64,000 bases of DNA, from NCBI GenBank assembly GCA_964634875.1, contig CAZWKA010000002.1:79590-143589 (forward strand). The letters are read 5' to 3'. The translations under genes were made by a program, and so were the position numbers. The stretch's first letter is position 1, and the number at the start of each line of letters is the position of its first letter. Positions 10,001 to 19,104 of the stretch are shown one piece after another. The notes under the pieces are model-generated. The model was not told the DNA's origin. It made no database searches and saw only the letters and a program-made list of their open reading frames with translations. The stretch comes from an uncultured Gammaproteobacteria bacterium. Lineage in GTDB: Bacteria; Patescibacteriota; Patescibacteriia; Magasanikbacterales; GWA2-37-8.

Positions 10001-12256
10001 CTACTCGTCTTTTACAAAGACCTCTTCTCCTTGCTTTAGCGCATCAACGATCATCTGCGAAATTTCCGGACGCATAAACCATTCCGGAGGCAACTCACCT
10101 TTTTCAAGCATCTTGCGCGCTTCTGTTCCACTGATCTGCATCTTCTCTTCTTCAGAGTGCTCCTTGTCCCCCGCCTCATGGACGTGAGACTGTAATTTTT
10201 TGGAGTAAAAAATCTGGTTAAATCGGACCGGGACGATTCCTAAGTCAGGGAATTGGTCAAAAATCTCATGCGAAGCAGTTGGAGCATAGAAGGCACCAAC
10301 ACCCGTGTGGTCGCGGCCAATGATAAAATGGCTGCACCCAAAATTCTTACGACAAAGCGCCGTAAAAATAGCTTCCTTGGGTCCAGCATAGCGCGAGAAG
10401 GTGCTATACGCCGCAAAAACAGCTTTATTCTTCGGATAAAAATACTGAGACATCATTTCGTAAGCGCGGATTATATATGGTGCGTTAAAGTCCCCGGCTT
10501 TTTTCTTACCAATTACCGGATGGACGAATAAACCATCACACGCTTCCTGTTCTAGGGCTTTAAGCTGGATGAATTCATGGCTGCGATGGATGACGTTGCG
10601 GGTATGAAAACCAACCACCCGGCTCCAACCGCGCTCTTCAAACAAGCGGCGAACTTGGGCTGGGGTCAGCTCGTATTCCTGTGTAGGAGTTTTGCGGCGC
10701 TCAATAAGATCAATCTTCCCCGCTACAAATATTGGTTTCATGTTGCGAACTCGCCGAACTCCCGGATGGTCGGCGCTATTTGTCCCATACAGCTTGGTCG
10801 CAAAATTTTCTAAGTCAAAAGCATAGGTTTCGCTTACGCGAAGGAGTGCGCGATCGCTACCATCAACACCTTTCAAAAGCACTGTATCACCAATTGAAAT
10901 ATTTTTTGCTTCTTCTTCGGAAATATCCAGAACAATCGGAATCGGCCAAATTATACCGCTTGACAGGTGCATTGTGTCGAGGACGCTGGTGACATCGGCT
11001 TTGCCCATAAACCCTTCGAGTGGGCTGAAGGTACCAACTCCCAGCTGTTCAACATCCATATCCAGGTTTTCATCAAGCTGAATGGTGGTCATTTTTTCGA
11101 GCTCTTCTGCAACGGGTTTTTCACGTAACTGACGGTTCACGAGTTTTCCACCGTGCGGCAGTACCAACGACGACGACGACGTAAAGTCAGTGAGATACCC
11201 TTCTGGTACGAGCAGTGTTTCTACTTGTTCAAAAAGCTTCAACGATTTAGTATCTACTGTCTCGTCAACGTGACGGATAACCTTGTTCATCACATTTACT
11301 GTCTCCATAGGGAATTTCCCAATAGCCGTTTCAGCCGACAGAGCTAAGCCGCTCGCACCATCGAGTAACGTATTCACAATATCACAAATTTCCGCGCGGG
11401 TTGGTTTGGGTTTTTCCACCATTGTTTCAAGCAGGTTGGTAGCCACATACACGGGCTTACTCAGCTTGCGAGCTCGCTCCATGATAACTTTTTGCGTAAA
11501 AGGTATCCGTTCAATACGGATTTCTTTGCTCAGGTCTCCACGGTCGATGAGGATCGCGTCGCTGGCCGCAATAATCTCGTCTAGATTCTCTAGGGCATCA
11601 GTACATTCAATTTTGGAAATAATTTGCATCCGATTTTCCGAGGCCCGCGCAACCTCCTTGACTGAAGCCGCATTTCTCATAAATGAAGCGGCCACATGTC
11701 CAATCCCCTCTTTAAGACCAAGTGCAATCGATTGATAATCTTTTTCGGTGAGCGGAGGTAATTTAAAAACTTTGTTGGAACCGGAATCGATAACTACGCC
11801 TTTATTACGCCCGATCGAGCCGGCAGTGATTGCGGTAGCAGTAATATATCCTTCGGCACAGGTGGAGGTATCTGACACTTTTAAAACCAGCGTGCCAAAG
11901 TCTATATATACCAAATCCCCCGGACTTAACTGTTCAATGATCGAACCAGGTTTGAGGGTTAACACATCTTTGTTGCCCAGAATTTGGTCCGTAGTTAATT
12001 TAATCAAAGCATTTTCCTCTAAAAAAATTTCTTTCTCACCCAGGTCACCGGTACGGATCTGTGACCCTTCAGTATCGATAATAAAGGGAATACCGACTTT
12101 TTTTGCGAGTGCGATAAAGTAATGCAAGTCTTCCACGGTGGAATGCGACATATTGACGCGGACGAAAGCAACGCCCTTGGCCTTCAAAAAACGGAGGTCT
12201 TCTTCGGTGCGTGTCGCTGGACCAAGTGTGGCGATGATCTGAGTTTTTTGTTGCAT
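10001..12256 (-). CDS. sat: Fusion protein: pyruvate-kinase-like catalytic domain (N-terminal) fused to ATP sulfurylase / sulfate adenylyltransferase (C-terminal)
   Basis: Residues 1 to about 335 carry pyruvate kinase barrel and B-domain motifs (IIATLGPAT, RVNMSHS, DTEGSQIRTG, ISKIE, DRGDLS, ATNLLETM, PTRAE, SAETAIGKFP). The pyruvate kinase C-terminal allosteric domain is absent. From about residue 345 there is a full ATP sulfurylase (HTRNVIHRSHE, AGPKEAIFTALCRKNFGCSHFIIGRDHTGVG). Confidence 0.8.
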   Translation of the reverse strand: MQQKTQIIATLGPATRTEEDLRFLKAKGVAFVRVNMSHSTVEDLHYFIALAKKVGIPFIIDTEGSQIRTGDLGEKEIFLEENALIKLTTDQILGNKDVLTLKPGSIIEQLSPGDLVYIDFGTLVLKVSDTSTCAEGYITATAITAGSIGRNKGVVIDSGSNKVFKLPPLTEKDYQSIALGLKEGIGHVAASFMRNAASVKEVARASENRMQIISKIECTDALENLDEIIAASDAILIDRGDLSKEIRIERIPFTQKVIMERARKLSKPVYVATNLLETMVEKPKPTRAEICDIVNTLLDGASGLALSAETAIGKFPMETVNVMNKVIRHVDETVDTKSLKLFEQVETLLVPEGYLTDFTSSSSLVLPHGGKLVNRQLREKPVAEELEKMTTIQLDENLDMDVEQLGVGTFSPLEGFMGKADVTSVLDTMHLSSGIIWPIPIVLDISEEEAKNISIGDTVLLKGVDGSDRALLRVSETYAFDLENFATKLYGTNSADHPGVRRVRNMKPIFVAGKIDLIERRKTPTQEYELTPAQVRRLFEERGWSRVVGFHTRNVIHRSHEFIQLKALEQEACDGLFVHPVIGKKKAGDFNAPYIIRAYEMMSQYFYPKNKAVFAAYSTFSRYAGPKEAIFTALCRKNFGCSHFIIGRDHTGVGAFYAPTASHEIFDQFPDLGIVPVRFNQIFYSKKLQSHVHEAGDKEHSEEEKMQISGTEARKMLEKGELPPEWFMRPEISQMIVDALKQGEEVFVKDE

Positions 12257-12266
12257 AAAAAATGAA

Positions 12267-13799
12267 TTAGACTTGAGTCAAACCAACCTTTTTGGCCAGG
12301 AGGTCGACAATCGGGATAAGCTGGGATTTTTTTGCACCCAACACTTGCGAGCCGCCTTCAGTGTCCCAAATTAGACTAAGATCAAGGTCAACACTTTCGG
12401 CATATATCGCCGCGATGAAATTAACTAATTCATCATGATTATACTTAAAATTACGAAGCTGTTCTTTGACTAGGTCGGGCAAAAGATTGATGTCGCTACA
12501 TGTCTTAACCATGGACAGGCGATTATAAAAAACTTTACCAAACACAATGGATGGTTTTTTACACATGGCTGCTTCAAAACCAGCGGTGCCAGTTACAGCA
12601 AGCACCAGCTTGCTTTGAGCAATAATATCGAGGCTATTTTCGACCGAATTAAGCAAGCGGACGTTGGGTAATTTTTTGATTTTGGCGTAAAAATCGCGGG
12701 TGCGCTTACCCATCATCCGCGGATGGTCTTTAACATATAATTTATAGGTAGCAGGTAATGATTGCGAAGCCTGCTCTACAAGCCATGCTTGATCTCGATA
12801 AAAGGGCGCGAGGAGCATGGGCAGTGCTTCTGGTTCGCTGTGAAGTGAAAAATAGGCATACACATCACCAGCAGCAGGCTTATCATAAAAATCACTATAA
12901 CCACGCAGTACCCGGACTTTATTTTTTACCTTATCAATGACATGGTGCCAGGGCTTGATAGTGCTATAATCGCTCGAATGCGGATTCGTGAAATATTCAT
13001 AAAACAAATGGCCGAGCCAATAGACGGAATGAAAAATTTTACCCGGATTTAAAAAGGCAAAATGCTTGCGCCGCATAGCTACCGAATTGGCATACGTATT
13101 GGCCGCTGCAGAGGCAGTGCCGTAGTAAGTTGGCCGTTCTTGGAACGAGGTAAGATATTTAACCGACTGCTCATTAAAAGCCTGGTCGCTCGGCAAAAAC
13201 TGTCCCGATGAAAAACGTTGAAAAGCCGCTTCAAGGTCAGGGAATTCATCGTATTTTTCAGTGATACTGTACTTATTTTCCACTCGCGGACAGAAGAACA
13301 TGGTCGTTTTAATGCCCTTCTTTCTGGCAATATGGAACAAGAGCATACTGCTTAAATTGGAAACGACAGAAAAAAACACAAAATCGGGCTTTTCTTCATC
13401 GAGAAAACGGATAATTGCTTTGGCAGTCACCTGAACAATGCGCAACAAGTCCTCGTGCGAATACTGCGGGGTATCCGATGGAAAACCGCGGAGTAAAAGA
13501 CCGTAGCGTAAAATCCGGTCCATATTGATGTACGGCCAGAGTGTCGGCAAACCATATTCTTTTTCGAGCCAATCAATATAAGCCGTATCGAGTTTTTCAT
13601 TTTTATATTCAGCGTAAATATCCTCTTCTAGAATAAGCTTGGTGTAGGTAAAGTCTGTTTGGTTCTGTAAAAATTCAAAGCTGGAACGTAAATTAACCAG
13701 GCCACAAAAATCAGTAATGCCATAGTGCTCCCTTAAAATAAGCGCCATGGAATGACCGATAAGCGCAAAACGACGTTGCAAGAAAAAACACGCTTTCAT
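12267..13799 (-). CDS. Capsule-polysaccharide-biosynthesis family protein (KpsC/KpsS-like, putative glycosyl/Kdo-type transferase)
   Basis: 510-aa soluble protein with no TM segments. Its size and features resemble the Capsule_synth family. The assignment is tentative and made by resemblance only. Confidence 0.35.
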   Translation of the reverse strand: MKACFFLQRRFALIGHSMALILREHYGITDFCGLVNLRSSFEFLQNQTDFTYTKLILEEDIYAEYKNEKLDTAYIDWLEKEYGLPTLWPYINMDRILRYGLLLRGFPSDTPQYSHEDLLRIVQVTAKAIIRFLDEEKPDFVFFSVVSNLSSMLLFHIARKKGIKTTMFFCPRVENKYSITEKYDEFPDLEAAFQRFSSGQFLPSDQAFNEQSVKYLTSFQERPTYYGTASAAANTYANSVAMRRKHFAFLNPGKIFHSVYWLGHLFYEYFTNPHSSDYSTIKPWHHVIDKVKNKVRVLRGYSDFYDKPAAGDVYAYFSLHSEPEALPMLLAPFYRDQAWLVEQASQSLPATYKLYVKDHPRMMGKRTRDFYAKIKKLPNVRLLNSVENSLDIIAQSKLVLAVTGTAGFEAAMCKKPSIVFGKVFYNRLSMVKTCSDINLLPDLVKEQLRNFKYNHDELVNFIAAIYAESVDLDLSLIWDTEGGSQVLGAKKSQLIPIVDLLAKKVGLTQV

Positions 13800-13802
13800 A
13801 TC

Positions 13803-15839
13803 TTAAGGGTTAAGCTTACCTTTAAAGACAAAATAGTAGACCGACCTACCGTCACCACGGGGATACAGAAGGAGCGATTGGTAACCCAAGCGTTCGAAAA
13901 GCTGCCACAGTGCTGTTCCTTTGTCACCCGCATCGGTTGGATAAAATTCTAAAAGAATGCCTAGATTTGTAGCTGCAGCTAAAATAGCCTCAGCCGCCAA
14001 CAAACTTTCTGCTTCAGCACCACCAATATCAAACTTAAGTAGGCGCGGCGTTTGGCCATGTTCTACCACCCAGCCAGGGATAGTAACGGTCGGCACTTGG
14101 ATCGTGTCTGCCCCTTCCTCAATACGACCTGAAGTTGCTCCAGTGTGTTTGCGAAAACTGACAATCCCGGCCGCTCCCGCCATTGCAGCACCAACCACAC
14201 TTACATTTTTAAGATTGTTAAGCTTAATGTTTTCTTCAATAAGAGCAAGGTTCACTGGCTCTGGTTCGAAAATAACTACCTGGGCCAAAGGGTTGGCAAG
14301 CCCCGCCACCAGGCCATACATGCCGTTATAGCCACCCACGTCAAAAATGACGCCATTACCACTTTCAATTGCTTGTTTTTTCCAGAGCGACAAGAGAACG
14401 CGTTCGTGCTTGCCGGCAGCAACATGCTGGGCAAACAAATGGTGGTACGGATGACTGGAAGACAATTTGCAAACAAGTCCATCTACTATAAATTCGTAGT
14501 ACTGACGGCCCATTGCTCGGGCAAAGTAATAACTGCTTAAAAATGAAGCTTTTTTGCTGTAATGGCGATACGCCCAGCCCCAATTAATACCGGCCAGGAC
14601 CCGTGCTTTTTTAACGACGGAGCTCAGAGCATTTTTTTGAGGCTTCTCCTTTGAAACCAGTGCTTTCATTTTTTCATGGAGCTCGGTTATGCGATGCTGG
14701 TAGTTCATTTCGTCACTATTAATACGCGCGACGACGCCAGCGGATAAACGGCTGCGGAGTTCTGGGTCAGCACCAAGCTGTTCAATCTTTCTGGCTAAAT
14801 CATCCGTATCCCCCTCAGCAAAGTATAAGGCACCTCCTCCAGCGACCCACTCAAGACCCCCGCCACCCGGTAAAATATTGGGCAAACCAAACACCATCGC
14901 CGTTGAAAGCGCCATGGAGGTCATATCCCGTCGCCAGGCGGCCTGGATAAAAATATCAGCTTCCTTTAAGCGTTGGTGTAACTCTTCTTTAGTCATCCAG
15001 CCGGTAAATTGAACATACGGAGCCAAACCGAGATGCTCAACCAGGGCATGGATCGCTTCTTCTTCAGGGCCGCTTCCGCCCAATACTAATTTAAAATCAT
15101 TCTTATTTTTAATTTTTGAAAATGCCGTAACTAACAAATCAAAGCCTTTTCCCGGGGCCATGCGGCTCGAGTAAAACAAGGTCAACGGGCCGCTTTTTTT
15201 GTTACGGAGACGATAGGTATCTTCAGCAACACCAGTAGCCTGCATGAGGCCGTGGTAATCATACGGATCACCAAGCACAACACTCTTACTATCTGTAACC
15301 ATGCCAAAATCCCGATAGCTATCTCGGAGGACGGGATTAGTAAAAGCATGGAGGTCAATAGCATTAGCGACATGCATGAGACCATACTGCTCGATGGCCG
15401 CCCGGGTTTTCTTTTTTAACGCTTTCAGGAAACTATCTTCAGGCACCGCCGACAAAAGTGACGAAACATTTTCAGGCCAGGCAGTTAGTTCACGGTTATA
15501 CAAAGCAACTACCGGAACTTCACCGCACAGCAAACGGTAAAGGCCGGCACCGTACAAAAAAATATGCCCATCAACATGGAAGATATCCGCCTCTTTCGCA
15601 TATTTTTCTAAGAGAGAATATACTTTAGTCTGGATCGAAAGCTGGCGAGCAACATTTAAATTTTCTTCAATGACTTTATACGGTACAGGTTCCAGAAAAC
15701 AATTAAGGTTAGAAAAAGCCGTAACAATCGTAACCGTATTACCAAAACTCTGTAGCGTGCGGGCCAGGATATCTATTTCACCGGTCGAGCCGCCGCCAAG
15801 TTTAAAATTAAGCTTGCTCGTAATAAAAACAATCCTCAT
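13803..15839 (-). CDS. Bifunctional GT4 glycosyltransferase (N-terminal) / FkbM-family SAM methyltransferase (C-terminal)
   Basis: The N-terminal roughly 400 aa form a GT-B/GT4 fold (MRIVFITSKL...GGSG; EAxxxG-like region FIQAAWRRDMTSMALSTAMVFGLP). The C-terminal roughly 230 aa carry FkbM methyltransferase motifs (VIFDVGGYNGMYG; LLKFDIGGAE). Confidence 0.65.
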   Translation of the reverse strand: MRIVFITSKLNFKLGGGSTGEIDILARTLQSFGNTVTIVTAFSNLNCFLEPVPYKVIEENLNVARQLSIQTKVYSLLEKYAKEADIFHVDGHIFLYGAGLYRLLCGEVPVVALYNRELTAWPENVSSLLSAVPEDSFLKALKKKTRAAIEQYGLMHVANAIDLHAFTNPVLRDSYRDFGMVTDSKSVVLGDPYDYHGLMQATGVAEDTYRLRNKKSGPLTLFYSSRMAPGKGFDLLVTAFSKIKNKNDFKLVLGGSGPEEEAIHALVEHLGLAPYVQFTGWMTKEELHQRLKEADIFIQAAWRRDMTSMALSTAMVFGLPNILPGGGGLEWVAGGGALYFAEGDTDDLARKIEQLGADPELRSRLSAGVVARINSDEMNYQHRITELHEKMKALVSKEKPQKNALSSVVKKARVLAGINWGWAYRHYSKKASFLSSYYFARAMGRQYYEFIVDGLVCKLSSSHPYHHLFAQHVAAGKHERVLLSLWKKQAIESGNGVIFDVGGYNGMYGLVAGLANPLAQVVIFEPEPVNLALIEENIKLNNLKNVSVVGAAMAGAAGIVSFRKHTGATSGRIEEGADTIQVPTVTIPGWVVEHGQTPRLLKFDIGGAEAESLLAAEAILAAATNLGILLEFYPTDAGDKGTALWQLFERLGYQSLLLYPRGDGRSVYYFVFKGKLNP

Positions 15840-15910
15840 AACCTGAGCATTATATTATGGAGCGATAGTATCATAAAGAGTAAAAAAAGGCAATGAAGTA
15901 AGCCATTTTA

Positions 15911-15940
15911 TTGACAGCGGCTGGTTTTCCATAGTACCAT
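15911..15940 (+). promoter_or_regulatory. Sigma70-like promoter (TTGACA-N18-TACCAT) for the FdtA-like/DegT genes
   Basis: TTGACA at 15911-15916 and TACCAT at 15935-15940, in a divergent intergenic region. Confidence 0.4.
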
Positions 15941-15943
15941 AAT

Positions 15944-16336
15944 TTGGCTAGCTATTTTCTTATGGAAAAAATCAAACATATTTTTGAACGCAGAGATGAC
16001 CGGGGAGTATTTAAAGAATACCTCAACGGCCCCGAAGGCTGGAAGTCGATCAACGGGGGTACTATGGCCGCGGGTGCCATCCTCGGCAACCATTACCATA
16101 AGAATTGCCGGGCCGCTTTTTTTGTCCTCGCCGGGAAAGCTCAGATATGGTATAAAAATATCCAGGCCGCAGAGGCGGCCACGGAAGATTTTTGGCTCGA
16201 AGCCGGAGAAGGTTGTATTTTTGAGCCGTACGAAACACATGCAGTCCGTTTTGGCGAGGAAAGTTCTTTCCTTCTGTTAAAAAACGAAATTTTTAACTCT
16301 ACTGACCAGGATATTTATCCAGCCCCGCTTATCTAA
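15944..16336 (+). CDS. Cupin / WxcM-like domain protein, putative NDP-4-keto-6-deoxyhexose 3,4-ketoisomerase (FdtA/QdtA-like)
   Basis: The roughly 125-aa cupin has an HYHK His pair and lies directly upstream of a DegT aminotransferase, the classic FdtA-FdtB arrangement. The ORF-track start is a TTG; the likely real start is the ATG at 15962 (MEKIKHIF). Confidence 0.45.
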   Translation: MASYFLMEKIKHIFERRDDRGVFKEYLNGPEGWKSINGGTMAAGAILGNHYHKNCRAAFFVLAGKAQIWYKNIQAAEAATEDFWLEAGEGCIFEPYETHAVRFGEESSFLLLKNEIFNSTDQDIYPAPLI

Positions 16337-16357
16337 ACCTATTTTTAACCTAAACGT

Positions 16358-17461
16358 ATGTCGGACAAAAAAATACCGTGGTGGTCTCCGGAAATGGGAC
16401 AGGAAGAACAAAGGTTGGTTAAGGAAGTCCTGGACAGTAATTATGTTAATGAAGGTAAGTTAGCTTTAGAATTTGAACAAAAGATTGCTGATCGGGTTGG
16501 TGCCAAATACGGTATCGTAACCACGAGCTGTACAATTGCTATTTTTTTGGCCTTAAAAGGCCTGGGAGTTGGCAAAGGTGACGAAGTCATCGTCCCTGAC
16601 ATGACGTTCATTGCCACAGCCAATGCCGCTGAGTTAACCGGCGCCACACCAATATTGGTCGACGTCGACCCTGCTACACTTAACATGAGCCCAGAAGCTT
16701 TCCGTGCGGCCATCACCCCACGCACCAAAGCTGTTGTGCCAGTACATGTTACCGGACGAGCTGCTGACCTTAAACGTATTATGGAGATTGCTGCCGAGCA
16801 CAATATCCTGGTGGTTGAAGATGCAGCCGAAGCCCTAATGTCAAAACACGAAGGAAAATACTTAGGTACTTTTGGCAAAGCAGGCTGCTTTTCTTTTTCA
16901 CCGAATAAAACAATCACGACCGGACAAGGCGGTATCGTTGTTACCGATGACCCCGAACTCAATATCCGTATCCGCGAACTCAAGGATCAGGGTCGCCCGC
17001 AACGCGGCAGCGGTGGTAACGACCTCCATAATACCATCGGGTACAACTTTAAATTCAGCAACCTGCATTCGGCAGTTGGTTTAGGGCAACTTACCTACCT
17101 CGACCAACGCATCAAACGCCAACGCCGAATTTACGAGATCTACCGTGATAATCTTAAAGATGTTCCGGAAATAACCCTCTACCCCTGCGACCTGGAAGGC
17201 GGTGCCGTACCACAATGGACGGATATAGCGACTGATCGCCGCGACGAACTTGAAGCTTATCTTCAAACAAAAAATGTTGATACCCGGAAATACTGGTACC
17301 CCTTACATACCCAACTCGCTTACAAAGAAGGTGATGAACGCTTTCCCAACAGCACCAAGACATCTCCCCGATCACTCTGGCTTTCTTCGGCCTACAGCTT
17401 AAGCGATGAAGACGTGCTCATGGTCTGTGGACATATTAAAGATTTCTTCAGAACAACCTAA
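16358..17461 (+). CDS. DegT/DnrJ/EryC1/StrS-family PLP-dependent sugar aminotransferase
   Basis: The family is recognisable throughout (GDEVIVPDMTFIATANA; FSFSPNKTITTGQGG with the PLP lysine region; LHTQLAYK). 367 aa. Confidence 0.8.
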   Translation: MSDKKIPWWSPEMGQEEQRLVKEVLDSNYVNEGKLALEFEQKIADRVGAKYGIVTTSCTIAIFLALKGLGVGKGDEVIVPDMTFIATANAAELTGATPILVDVDPATLNMSPEAFRAAITPRTKAVVPVHVTGRAADLKRIMEIAAEHNILVVEDAAEALMSKHEGKYLGTFGKAGCFSFSPNKTITTGQGGIVVTDDPELNIRIRELKDQGRPQRGSGGNDLHNTIGYNFKFSNLHSAVGLGQLTYLDQRIKRQRRIYEIYRDNLKDVPEITLYPCDLEGGAVPQWTDIATDRRDELEAYLQTKNVDTRKYWYPLHTQLAYKEGDERFPNSTKTSPRSLWLSSAYSLSDEDVLMVCGHIKDFFRTT

Positions 17462-17583
17462 ACTCGTTAGGCGCGTGAGCTGCGCACCAAAACTGATTGG
17501 CTGCTGACGAAACATGGACCCAGACATTCATAAACCTGGCCAAGCAGCTAATTTTTTGTTAGCCAATTGGCGCCAGAATTTGT

Positions 17584-17612
17584 TTGACAATAAAGTAAAA
17601 ACTCACTATAAT
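17584..17612 (+). promoter_or_regulatory. Consensus sigma70 promoter (TTGACA-N17-TATAAT) upstream of the MBOAT/SGNH genes
   Basis: Perfect -35 TTGACA (17584-17589), a 17-nt spacer and a perfect -10 TATAAT (17607-17612), about 25 nt upstream of the MBOAT ATG. Confidence 0.6.
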
Positions 17613-17637
17613 TTGAGCGTTTGCTTTATAGTTTCGT

Positions 17638-19086
17638 ATGCTCTTCAACTCACTGCCGTTCTTTATCTTTTTTCCCACCGTTACTGCCCTCTACTTTGTT
17701 TTTCCCCACCGCTTCCGTTGGATCGTGCTCTTAACTGCCAGCGCGATTTTTTATATGGCCTTTATACCGGCCTATCTGCTTATTCTTCTTTTTACCATAG
17801 TTATTGATTACATAGCAGGTCTACTCATTGAAAACGCAACAGGTAAAAGAAGGCTTTTATACCTGATTATAAGCCTTGTCTCTAATATCGGCATCCTCAC
17901 TTTTTTTAAATACTTTAATTTTTTTTCAGCCAGCCTCACAAGCATTGCGCACCTTATCCATTGGAATTACAGTTTTCACCTCTTATCAATCATTCTTCCG
18001 GTGGGTCTTTCGTTCCACACCTTTCAAGCCTTAAGTTACACAATCGAGGTTTATCGCGGCCAACAAAAAGCCGAGCGCCATTTGGGAATTTATGCTTTAT
18101 ACGTCATGTTTTTTCCGCAGTTGGTAGCAGGCCCCATTGAACGTCCGCAGAATTTAATCCATCAATTTAAAATTCACCACTCATTTGATTGGCAACGCGT
18201 CGGTTCAGGCTTACGATTGATGCTCTGGGGCTTTTTTAAAAAGATCGTCATTGCTGATAATGCTGCAGCAATTATCAATCGTATTTTTGATTATCCTACC
18301 CAGTTTACCGGGTTGCCACTTATTATTGCAGCCATCTTGTTTACCTTTCAACTCTACTGTGATTTTTCAGGATATTCAGATATCGCAATCGGTTCAGCTC
18401 GAGTTCTCGGCTTTCGACTTATGAAAAATTTTGACCAACCTTTTGGCTCTAGAACATTGCCAGAATTTTGGAGAAAGTGGCATATTTCCCTATCGACCTG
18501 GTTTCGCGACTATCTCTATATTCCACTCGGAGGAAATAGAGTACCACCATTACGTCACTACTTAAATCTCCTCATTATTTTTACTATAAGCGGTTTATGG
18601 CACGGAGCAAATTGGACCTATGTAATCTGGGGCTGCTTGCACGGTTTTTTTATGATATTTTCAACCGCCACAGTGCGCATACGGCAAAAGCTTATACAGC
18701 TTTTCAAGCTCGAACGCTTTCCGCGTTTTCATCACATCTTACAAATGTGCACTACTTTTTCCCTCGTAGTAACTGCTTTTATTTTTTTCCGAGCTAACAC
18801 AACCAGCGATGCGTGGCACATAATTACACACCTCTTTGCAGATTTTAATTTTACATTTTCTAAGCTATTGAACGCACTAGGAACAAGTTCATTTAATTTT
18901 ATCCACCTCCTCACGGCGATAGCGTGTATGGAGATAATTACCTGGGCTGCACGACAAAGTCGTCTTAAAAGCGCTTTTATTAGCACTCCACTCTGGATGA
19001 AGATATCAGGTTATACAACCATAGTATTATGGATCATTTTCTTTGGTTACTTTGGTGAACGGCCTTTTATCTACTTCCAGTTTTAA
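17638..19086 (+). CDS. MBOAT-family membrane-bound O-acyltransferase (AlgI/DltB-like)
   Basis: 482-aa polytopic protein with the MBOAT signature (WRKWHISLSTWFRDYLYIPLGGNR) and the conserved His region (GLWHGANWTYVIWGCLHG). Confidence 0.8.
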   Translation: MLFNSLPFFIFFPTVTALYFVFPHRFRWIVLLTASAIFYMAFIPAYLLILLFTIVIDYIAGLLIENATGKRRLLYLIISLVSNIGILTFFKYFNFFSASLTSIAHLIHWNYSFHLLSIILPVGLSFHTFQALSYTIEVYRGQQKAERHLGIYALYVMFFPQLVAGPIERPQNLIHQFKIHHSFDWQRVGSGLRLMLWGFFKKIVIADNAAAIINRIFDYPTQFTGLPLIIAAILFTFQLYCDFSGYSDIAIGSARVLGFRLMKNFDQPFGSRTLPEFWRKWHISLSTWFRDYLYIPLGGNRVPPLRHYLNLLIIFTISGLWHGANWTYVIWGCLHGFFMIFSTATVRIRQKLIQLFKLERFPRFHHILQMCTTFSLVVTAFIFFRANTTSDAWHIITHLFADFNFTFSKLLNALGTSSFNFIHLLTAIACMEIITWAARQSRLKSAFISTPLWMKISGYTTIVLWIIFFGYFGERPFIYFQF

Positions 19087-19104
19087 ACTATTCTACGCTT
19101 TGGT

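Noticed and set aside
15944-15961. ORF-track starts at 15944 and 58515
   Set aside because: Both begin with TTG inside or abutting the predicted -10 elements. Downstream in-frame ATGs at 15962 and 58541 are more plausible starts.
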